Below are positions 32,299 through 41,769 of a DNA stretch of 41,769 nt, in pieces. The notes beneath the pieces are model-generated. The model ran no database searches, was not told where the DNA came from, and saw only the letters and a program-made list of their open reading frames with translations. The translations under genes and the position numbers were made by a program. Every line of letters starts with the position of its first letter. Within the stretch, counting starts at the first letter, position 1. The DNA is from Ionaspis alba. Lineage: Eukaryota. Location: contig CAXUUL010000060.1 of assembly GCA_964255285.1 (NCBI GenBank), positions 1 to 41,769 of the forward strand, in the 5' to 3' direction.

Positions 32299-33106
32299 AC
32301 TACTGAGCTGGAGTCGGATGGTTTTGGCGATGGTATAATGCCTAATAGCCGAGGGAAGGAAGACGGAGTTCACTGGAGGAACAGGCGCGGATTACCACAA
32401 CAGGAAGATACCCCTTGGTCAGTCAATTGAGTGGAAAGGCCGAAAGCGGCTATTGTTATCTGTTATAGTCCTATTACTAATCGAAGTCAATAATGACTTG
32501 TTCTACCGCTCTCCTTTCCGGTGAAGTCAGTTTGACTGCTGCGCACAGCACTCATAATAAGGATTCCTTCTAACTCATCAACCTCGTCACGTTGGCCCAG
32601 TATGACTTCGATCAGCTCAAGATCTCCAGTGAGAGGCAGAGGCAATAGCTCTGGAGGACCAAGCCGTCATCGAACCATATGAACTCAGCCTTGCTCTTGC
32701 AACCAGGACCCAGATCATCCTTCGTTTTGTCCTTCCCAATGCTGATAAAGACGGCCCACAGATCTTACTCGTTAAACGAACATTCGTTTTCCTGAAAAAT
32801 CCTACATCTTCTGGTCTCAAGACTGGATTTGTGAAATCGTCAGATAGCTCCTGTCGTCTTGAAACCTTCCTGCAACAGCTTGTAGGAACAGCGCTTGGCA
32901 TTCAATTTTACAGGTGGAACTTGCAGCGCAATTATCTCAAGCGGTTGAAAGCCCAGAAATGGGATAGATGGGCGACTAACAGACCGCGTTTTCAATTACT
33001 CGCGTCGTCCTATGCGAATAAGCGATGACACTTGCGGATTCTTAGCCAACCGATCTCATCTCAACCGAGGAGTAGTTAGCAACCATGTCGGAGAGCCAGC
33101 GTAGAA

Positions 33107-33600
33107 TCATATCTTGACGCCAATATTAGCCCCAGCTTTCATGAATCTTACCAATAATATACACAAAGTGGCAAGGCCGACAGTGATTCCACAAAAGACT
33201 TGAAGGCCAATCCAAGGGTACTTGCGGATGGCTCCCGCGATAGGATTGCCAATGAGAAGTCCAGCTGCTGGAGGGAGGCACATCCTATCCGAACACCAAG
33301 CACTCCCAGATGGGGTTACAAAGCTCCGGGGACCACTGGAATGCATAAAAAGACGAAGGAGCCTGAGAAGAACCCGTGCATCACGCAAAAGATGACAAGT
33401 CCGCCGGCCGATTTCACACCAAAAAACCCCTGTAGTCGTGCCGAGATTGTTCTGCAATCACCGAAAAGCATGATTGATGGCATTAGCAAGCTGCTTGTAA
33501 ATGATATCGAAGAAGCCTTCCGAGAGATCATCGTCACAACGAGGCACAGAGGCCCAAGCTTTGTCTGGATCGCTGATTGCAAGAGAGTCTATAAGTGAGG
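33107..33600 (-). pseudogene. Decayed MFS monocarboxylate transporter (Mch4/Mch5-like), C-terminal remnant; faint N-terminal traces may extend to about 34050
   Basis: GVKSAGGLVIFCVMHGFFSGSFVFL...L*PHLGVLGVRIG followed by a frameshift to AAGLLIGNPIAGAI...WIGLQVFCGITVGLATLCILLVRFMKAG..GVKI*. There is an in-frame TAA at 33316-33318 and the upstream half is missing or garbled. Confidence 0.75.
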
Positions 33601-34574
33601 GAATCAGGCACTTCCGACGTACTTCATGAAGTGCCATTTTTCTGCAGAAGGCAGCCTAGGGAGAATGGAAGGAAAGTGAATATAGAAGAGAGGTAGACAA
33701 AGAAGCTCTAGCTGGTCAAAAGGATCTCCTCGTTCAAGCTTGGCATGTATTGATGGGCTGTTGTCTACGTGTAGGGGAAGCCTGAGCTATGCCACTAGCA
33801 AAGCAGGGAACAGGATAGGGAACGGGGTGAATCAGACCAGACGTAGTCATACTACCAGAGCATGATTTTGCACTACTGCATGTGCCAAGCCATTTGATAA
33901 TTCTTTCCTGCCTCAGAAGTCTCCGAGGCATTCCCGGCTCTGAGTGTCATATATCTCCATGGTTTTGAATCAGAAGGGCTTCGAGATCCTTGGGATCTCG
34001 ACCTCGATCAACCTCAGCAGGTGCTAAAGGGCATCGCTCCACTTGTTGACATGAGCAGCAACCATGTACACCATAGGCATGAGTTGACAGAATTGACCTA
34101 GTGGCCAAAGGCTGGATACCCTACAGAGATTGTTTGATCGTTAAGCGCCGGCCTAGTCGGCTATTCGCTTTGCGCCTTGCCGACCGCTAGATCCTCTATC
34201 CTCACCTCTATGTTTGGTGCTTAGAATTTCAGAATCGCATTGGCTCTCTCTTGATATAGGATGGCATGCTTACTGCCCCCTTTCAGACGCCTATTAGAAG
34301 GCGCCATAGCGGTGTACCGTGCTCGTCTTGACCCTTTACCTAGCCACCTCTGATGAAATCTCATGATGCAATTCGATTGGATGCAAAGACATGGATGTCT
34401 CAAAGCTTTTGAAGTTTCCACAGTAATCTGTCAACTCCTTTCAGCGTTGGCTTTGCGCAATCGTTTTACGGGCTTCACTCAATACTGTAGCTTGTTATGA
34501 TACGATTTGTCTTCATATCTTTCTTGTAGTTCTGGCTGTTGCTGATAATAACGAATCCGGATTTGTTCCTAGAC

Positions 34575-35915
34575 ATGTTGATCCATCATTCGCCTGAAAA
34601 TTCATCATATGCCCCAGAATGTTTGAATGAATACAATGGCAGAACTCTCATGGCGACTTCTGCAACGCTTATCACTCGAGAGACTGTTCTTGTTGCTCTA
34701 AGGTACTATGCACGTCGTCAAACAGCCTCAAACATAGGTTGGGATGACCTTATCATTGCCATAGCTTGGCTCTCGAACTTCGGATTATGTGTCCTCGGGT
34801 TGAGTACTATGCATTTCATTCTGTATATCTCAGCCAACAGTGCTGATTCGAGAACAGCAATGATCAATATTGCCGGTGTCGGCCGTCATCTTACAGCTGT
34901 CTTACAGGAGGATCCGGCCAAAATGATATCTTGGGCTGAATCCATCTACACCCTCGCTTGGCTCTATTTGACCTCCGTTGCGCTGCCAAAGGTTTCGATC
35001 CTCTGTTTGTATCTTCGTATGTTCACTCACCGAGGTGCACGCATTGCCTGCTACATAACTATTATTGTGGTAGCCGCAGACTGAGTAGCATATATCTTTG
35101 CCTCTACATTCGAATGCATTCCCGTGGTATATCAATGGAATAAGACCATCGTGGGAGGACGGTGTTTCGATGTATCCGCATTCTACAAATCATCAAGTGT
35201 ACCGAACATTGCGACGGATATTGCGATCTTGATCCTTCCTATTCCTACCGTCTGGCGTTTGAAGGCCTCGATAAATCGCAAGTCTGGTCTTATATTTGTG
35301 TTTTTGGCTGGAACCGTGTAAATGACACCCTCCTCACTATTATACGCGGTGTAATAAGCTGACAAAACCAATTTATCCAGAGGTATCATTGCGTCTTGCG
35401 TCCGTATGACGACTTTTTGGCGGAATGATGCATTTAGAGACAATACCTGTACGATCAAACTCCTCCTGTCACTGTACAGTTGACTTATCGGAGAGGGGTC
35501 TCTGTTGTACTCGTCGGCTGGTCAATCGTGGGATCGGAGCTGTACTTGATCGCCGCTTGTCTTTTGGCTCTTCGGCCATTATTTACTCTGTGGACTCCAG
35601 AACGGCTTCGGACCCGCTTCTCCAGTAGTCGATCCTACCAATCAACGCCTGGCAAAGGCAATAGTCATCGAAGCCTCCGTCTTGGCGGCTTGCCTCCCGT
35701 TGAATTCGCACTCCCGCTGTACGCGTATCACATGTGCTCAGGATGGTCAGCCGATCAAGAATTCTGCAAACTTTTCACCAGGTACGTCATTTACAGTCTC
35801 TCGTCCATACGAGTACAGTGTGCAATCTGGCCATGGGCCATCTTCTCGGGTACGAGGGGTTGATGTTGACTATGAGGTCCGGTTGACGGATTTGCATCCA
35901 GAAGATGTGAAATGA
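34575..35915 (+). pseudogene. Pseudogenised PTH11-like rhodopsin-domain integral membrane protein (no CFEM domain); introns about 34804-34857, 35318-35380, 35449-35495
   Basis: VALRYYARR..GWDDLII, AGVGRH, LPKVSILCLYLRMF, FECIPVVYQWNKTIVGGRC, PNIATDIAILILPIPTVWRL, GIIASCVR and YLIAACLLALRPL. Lesions: in-frame TGA at 35082-35084, GAG acceptor at intron 3, WSIVGSEL where the family has W.IVE.G, and an apparent frameshift in the tail. Confidence 0.8.
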
Positions 35916-36418
35916 CTTCAGAAACGGGATCTAAGCTCTATGGCTAGTCAGCTCGGCGTTCATCTAGTTACTCTTTGTAAGCCGGATTGTCATTGTTGCA
36001 TATATTCTACGGCATAGACAACGAGACGTCAAGCTTTTCGTGTGAAGAGACTTTTTATCAAAGGCTAGACATTTCGAGAAGAATTTTACCCCAACGAAAA
36101 TCAACAAGCATTAGTAAAGTTCTCCAAAGGCATGTACACCCTTCCTCATATGTCCTTACCTATCCGCCTACATATGCATCCTTTGCACCTTTTTCGGCAC
36201 ATGTAAAAATAATACATCAGCCTTCCATAGGGGTATCTTGATCGTCGTATCCCGCAACGCCATGATATGCAGCATCACCGAGTAACCTTGTCATCAGAAT
36301 CGCCAGCCCTCCCGTAACGCTGCAGTTGAATCCGTAACCAAATGCCCAGACACCATGAGTATATGCATCGTCTAAACCTTCCTTACCAGTGGTGAAAGGT
36401 GAGGGCAAGAAAGACAGT

Positions 36419-38042
36419 CTACTGTCCAAACGTCAGACAGTCGTCCAGTAGATTATTCAGCTGCAGTCGATCAACCGCACTGCCACCCTCCCAACCCCAA
36501 TCTTCTTCATCATCATCCCCGTGCTCCTCATCATGCACGCCGTTAGCAATGACCCCGTTCACGCCGTTCACTCCATTAACACCATTGACCAGCTCTTTCA
36601 GCTTTTCTTCTCGAGCCTTTCTTAATTCCGTCTCGTGCTTCTCTTCCGCAGCATCCCTTTGCCTTTTGGCAGCATATTCCTCCAGTTCACCCTCTTGATA
36701 TCCATTTGTCACCTTCCCAATTGTAAACGGAAATTGCCCAAGTCCACAATCCCCCACTTCAAGCGCCAGTCGCAAGTCATGCATACCTAGCGGTTTTCTA
36801 CTAGATGCTTCTCTGATCTCGACAGGTAGCAGTCCATTTCCTGGTGTCCGCACGATCTCGCCTTTTTTGGCGGCCTCTTCTTCTCGGTTTAGCTGCCGCT
36901 TGAATCTGTGAGTCAAGATGCTGTTCACGCTCCCACCAGGCATGTTGCTTCGTGTTCGGGTGTAAATGGAGGAGAGGACCTCTTTGATAAAATGTTCGGT
37001 CGCTGTGGCCATGAACCCGGCGCAGGCGGGTGCACATCCGTTGACAAGTGATTCCTCGTAGCAGATCGGTACCATACGGCCGTGTATTGTCTCCGCGTCA
37101 GGGAATTCTCCGGTTTCGGAGGCGAGAGGCTGGGCATAGCGTTTGCGGATCTCGAGATCCCAGTCTGGGAACGACGTGTTAGCGACTCTCACAACTTTCA
37201 ACTCTTCGTTTTGTTTATGAACGGGAATTTACTTGTCTTGTTCAAACCTCCAGCACTGGCGGGTACAGCATCTGAGCTTCGGAACTGTTTGGCTTGTTGA
37301 TATTCCGACATTGCAGCAATGTGAGGATCAGGTTGATCGTTCTGTAGGAGAAATGACGCTTAGCGCTAAGCTCAAGTGAATCTGACAACACGGAAATGAA
37401 GTGACAGATCATCCTGTTTCCCCAACACGTCAAAAAGATATCAGGACTTACGTCATTCACATCTTTCAGTCTCCGACGATCTCTAGCTGGAAGCTGCATG
37501 ACCTCTGTCTTGAGCCTTTGCTCGGCCGCATCACCTGACACAGGCTTTGAAGGAAGCGTGGGCTTATCATTTGCCGAAACCCAAGGCGCAACCCCTGCGT
37601 CTGGGGGTTCGCGACCAACATTTGCCAACAAAGCAGCAACAAACTGATTGTGCAGATGCTCCGTGATGGGATTCGCAGCTAAGAAATGGTCTGTCCGAAG
37701 ACAAAGTTCATTCTGGTTGAGTTGGCCTGGAGGGGACGGATAATATAATCAGCAAATGAGCTCGAATCAAGCAATCGCATCAATGACCGCATTCTTCCAA
37801 TGCGTACCGAGGACAAATAAGCTTATGGCGTCTTTGTATTCCACCCAGTACTCGCCAATGGTGTTCTTGAGGCCGGCATAAAGGGGCTCAAGGTCAACGC
37901 GCTGCGCCGTATTGACGGCCTTTGCAGCCTTCTGCGAAGCGAGCGCTGTAGCCCCATTGAGTTTCGAGGAGAGCGGAGGCGGAGCGAGAGGTTGTGTAAA
38001 GGTGTCGGTGCGGGTTAAGGCTGCGGGGTCAATGTCTGGCAT
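36419..38042 (-). CDS. HFI1: SAGA complex subunit Hfi1/Ada1; exons 38042-37808, 37726-37452, 37341-37233, 37164-36419
   Basis: MPDIDPAAL...[13 protein letters not shown]...[18 protein letters not shown]...[14 protein letters not shown]...[37 protein letters not shown]...[29 protein letters not shown]...RMVPICYEE...DWGWEGG...LDDCL. Three canonical introns. Confidence 0.92.
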
Positions 38043-38921
38043 GCTGGTGGTGGTGCTCCACCAGGACGAGCATGGAGCTTCAAGGACGTCGGCGACGCAT
38101 CAGTAAGAGGTAAGACATCAAATTTTCATGTAGTCTATCAGGATATGATGGCAAAGCACGTTCAGGAGTACGAAAGGAATACGAAAGGAGGAATGGACTG
38201 CATATATGATGGCTCGCTCTGGTATGTCGTTGTGGTCCCGAATGCCCATGGCATCACTCAGCCTTACAGCCTTGCTTCAGCGTGCCTTGGCACGCTTTGT
38301 CCCACGGTTTCAGCGCTTCCGGTGCACAACATCGCAAGATGATACAGATGCGTTGGGAAACTAGGAGTCCAAGAAGTCGATCTGAAGATGATATTCATCC
38401 TCTATACGAGCTTCAATCGCCTCCTACGTTTTCAATCTTCCTATAATATAGGTTGGCAGTGCTTAAGCATGCTGTTTCTACTTCCGCAGGAGTCCTTTCC
38501 CCTCCTTACTCTACCGTGGATATGTGAGTAGAATATGGTTTTCAGAGCTCTAGAACTCGAGTACCTCTGCCAGCAGAGACAGTATGGGTGTCACGAAGCT
38601 GACCTCGAGACTGGAGAATTGCGACGAGGGTACAGATACTGTGAATCTCTAGAGAGTGTTGTGTAGCGAATCAAATGTGAAAAAGAGCTGCGTGGTTCTC
38701 AGCTGCGCATCGGTATGCATCAATGCAACAAAGGTGTGGTAAGGCACAGCGATGCATGAATATCGAACGACTTCTTGGCGCTTTAAGATGTAACTCACTT
38801 GATACTACGTCTCACTTTCATTTCATTTCTGCTATAATACAGAAAGAATTCCACATTGTTCACCAAAGTCCAGCATCAACCGGATCTTAATTTCATCAGC
38901 ATTGAAACCACCGGAACAATC

Positions 38922-39780
38922 ATGTCTTTCTTCAAGAAGATGGTCGACAAGTTCGAAGATATCGTTGGTGATGATGATAAGAAAAAGAAAGACGACAAGC
39001 ATCAAGGAACGCTTGGCCATCAACAGGGACCTGGAGCACCACCACCTCCTCTCCAAACAAGCCCTCCCAGTGGACCGCCTCTACCACCAGGCTGGATAGC
39101 TCAGTGGGATCAGAATAGCCAACGATATTATTACCTCGAGTCCGCCACTGGCCGCACCCAGTGGGAACCTCCACAGCAGCAAGGAAGCTTGCACGGAGGT
39201 CCTCCTCCTGGTGGACCACCGATGGGCTCCCGTGAAAACGAAAGCCAGGGCGGCCAACGTAAAGATATCAATGAGAAGAAGGGAAAGAGTGGTAAAGGAG
39301 GCATATTGGGGGGTGCTGTCGGAGGTCTGGCGGTTGGTGCAGTGGGCCGTGTCTTGGTTCGCCAGGCAAAGGGTGAGTCATGATGGGGCTGTTGCGCGAA
39401 TGACTATATCACTTCTCACTGCTGTAACAATACACTCCGGGAGAAGTAATGTAGACACTATTCTGACTAACGAGGCTCTATCACAAGGATGATAAATGGT
39501 CGTATGTACTGACACTATCACAGGTCATGATTCCGATGAGAAGCACAAGGCGCATGCAGGCCACGAGCAGCCAGGCTATCTGCAAGAGACGGATCACTAC
39601 GAAAGGGGTGCGCCTCCCCCAATGGAACCACATCCAGGTTCAAGTCGTGGCTCCGTCTCAAGTAGCGACAAGGAAGATCTCGAGGAGGCTCGAGAGGACT
39701 ATGAGAATGCTTCGGGTAGTGACAAGGAAGAAGCTCGAGAGGAGTACGAGGAGCAGTACGAAGAGACTTATGGGGACTAG
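38922..39780 (+). CDS. WW-domain, Pro/Gly-rich protein with glycine-zipper segment and acidic tail; exons 38922-39372 and 39524-39780
   Basis: WW domain [32 protein letters not shown], glycine-rich [17 protein letters not shown], and tail [16 protein letters not shown]...[10 protein letters not shown]. The 151-nt intron is GTGAGT..CTGAC..CAG. Confidence 0.82.
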
Positions 39781-40150
39781 TAGACCCGCATGGTTCGCTT
39801 GATGTGACGGCTCAACAGACCTCTCATGGTTTCGAATTAATGTGTGAGGGAAGCTTGCTTTGAAAAAGCTCGGTTCTGTTATGGTGGACGACTGTTGGAC
39901 TCTTCTTACTGCTGTCAAGGCTCGAGAGTAATATCTATTTGCGTGTATTTGCTTTCTTATTGGCACAAAAAAGAGAAGGACCTGGCGACCAATCCATAGG
40001 CCGACAAGCCATGGCGTTGCAGTTCTTATCACGAAACACTTAGATTGTTCTTCTATATCCCAAATGTCTAACCCTTTCACGTATGCGGGATTCAAACTGT
40101 AACACTACCATTTGATAGATGCCCGTTCGTGAGAGGCGTACAAAAAATTG

Positions 40151-41385
40151 TCACTGAGACTGTTGGGAGACCACCGATTTTGTCGTTTCCTTGTTCGTCT
40201 CCTTCAGGCACTCTACCACAGGCTCGTATAACTCACCGCTTCTCATGGACTGATAAACAGCGGTCATCAAAGAGCTGATAGTCGGTGAATCACGAACGAC
40301 TATGCAACCGTTGTGATAACCATTAATCTCTACTTCGACTACCTCTGGGTCAGGAGTCCTGATGGTCTTCTCCTGCACGAATGGTACCGACAATTGCTCT
40401 CGCATAGATCGATACATGCGGCGGGAGGCTGGGCGAAGAAATGGGGTTGCATCTGGGTGGACAATGTAATGCTCTCGGTTGAGGCAATACTCATCTAATG
40501 CTAACGTTGAGCACTGCTCTGTCCACGATTTCAGTGCCACGAGTGTCTCGGTCGAACTCGGTGCGAATTTGAGTATGGTACTCTGCAGCGAAGCAACGAT
40601 GCTCGCAAAGCGATTTGTTGAATCCATCTCTGTTGTCCGGTCTAGCTGTTTCTTGAAGCCACTCCACAAACTCATTTCACACTCGTCGAGCCATTTGTTA
40701 TTTCCTAAAATGCCCTGAAAGCGATTCCGTGTCTCTCGATTGAAGGTGGACTGGAAACTATCAAGAAAGTAGAGGTTGATGGCGCGCAGATCCAGGGCCT
40801 GACAGAGGGCAATCAAGTGGACCGCTGAGAATTGAGTGAGCACGTCCAAGGTGTCCAGTGTGTATCGAGCCGATATCAAGGCCAAGGAATTTAGCGCCTG
40901 ATTACCCATTTCAGCGGTTTGAACATCAGTACCAACAGGATTTGCAAGGAAGCCAAGCTCAGGCTGCAGAGCAGCAATCATGATATCTGTTCCTTTCCAG
41001 ATGAATGACTCGCTGGGTTCGCCCACTACCAGATTTGACGGGAGGCCGCAGTATGTCACCAGGTTGATCATTTCTGTACACTGAACGAAATGCATACGAC
41101 CAACTGTCTGACAACCTTGGCGAACCTTTTCCATTGCTGACGTTATCGCTCTGGTCTGGAAGTTACCGCCATGGAGCATTCTGCCCTGCTCTGTGTCTAC
41201 CAACGGATTGTCTGTCACTGAATTGGCTTCCGTGATAACCTGTTGGCGAGCCAGAAGCAAGTCTTCGAGTACAGGCCCAATTCATTGAGACGCGGTACGG
41301 ATGGAGTACCTGTCTTGGCGTAGGGAAGCTTCCTCTGAGCCATCACTTCGATTTACCAATTTGGAATTATGCAGAAATGCATAGG
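40151..41385 (-). pseudogene. Phenylalanine ammonia-lyase (HAL/PAL family) pseudogene, C-terminal half only
   Basis: YAFLHNSKL...[43 protein letters not shown]...HGGNFQ...AMEK...ELGFLANPV..VQTAEMGNQALNSLALISARYT...LCQALDLRA. TGA at 41284-41282 replaces the family Trp. No PAL-like sequence or Ala-Ser-Gly (MIO) motif is visible in 41386-41769. Confidence 0.85.
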
Positions 41386-41769
41386 TTAAAGTGCCGCTTT
41401 CTTGATAATCCATCGGCCCGAGTTGTCCCTTTCACGAAATCATGCTGAAGCCGCTTTTCGCAAGAACGCTTTCGTTCGGAGCCAGAATCCGCGAGTCCTC
41501 GATAGATACCTGCAATATTGTCCACAAGAACTTCCCACGCCTGTCTAGGCGACTCCAATTCAAACTGATAGCTGCGAATGCCGTTCCCCTCAAAACCAAG
41601 AAGCATCTAGAAGCATCGTCCTATGGTCGCTCCAACTTTGCGTCAGAATCCCTAGATTTAAATGATCAAACGGAGCGCTTGCTGACCCAGTATCTCGATC
41701 CGACAGAAGCCGGAAAATAACTATTCCACCACCCCGAAGGTGCTATTTCGCTGAGAAATTTGCCACATC

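Noticed and set aside
39502..39523. GTATGT..CTGAC..CAG 22-nt mini-intron or stwintron within the WW-gene intron
   Set aside because: Far below the intron sizes seen here (47 nt and up). It would leave a stop-containing micro-exon, and no two-step splice rebuilds a canonical donor.
35082..41284. Possible UGA=Trp genetic code reassignment
   Set aside because: TGA is the normal terminator of intact genes here (STIMATE-like, JHD1, THO7, RBL2, PRP6, AIP1), and Trp is encoded by TGG throughout.
1..41769. tRNA, rRNA, snRNA, TPP riboswitch, CRISPR array, transposase/RT/Starship captain
   Set aside because: No hallmark motifs found by eye. tRNAscan-SE, Infernal and a TE HMM search would be needed to exclude divergent copies.

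Overview
Gene-dense genomic DNA from a filamentous ascomycete (Pezizomycotina-type short GT-AG introns with CTRAC/CTAAY branch sites; class not determinable from sequence alone). It is a draft scaffold with six 100-N gaps. I reconstructed spliced models by hand for 15 protein genes: coatomer zeta RET3 (partial), a STIMATE/YPL162C-like vacuolar membrane protein, SF3B6/p14, JHD1 PHD-JmjC demethylase, a Clr5-domain/TPR-like protein, secreted Rds1-like ferritin-fold protein, NEDD8/RUB1, Elongin A, THO7, tubulin cofactor A, PRP6, AIP1, an ArAE/FUSC-family membrane protein, SAGA HFI1/ADA1 and a WW-domain protein. Three decayed accessory genes lie among them: an MFS monocarboxylate transporter, a PTH11-like rhodopsin-domain receptor and a 5'-truncated phenylalanine ammonia-lyase. 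I saw no tRNA, rRNA, CRISPR array or recognisable transposon. Best leads: both PRP6 introns are in-frame and stop-free; a JHD1 intron splits a Zn-cluster-like motif in frame; two pseudogenes carry TGA at expected Trp positions; and 17.6-18.3 kb looks spliced and structured but has no substantial ORF. No clearly novel multi-gene system is demonstrable. Family assignments come from recognising motifs by eye, not from database searches.
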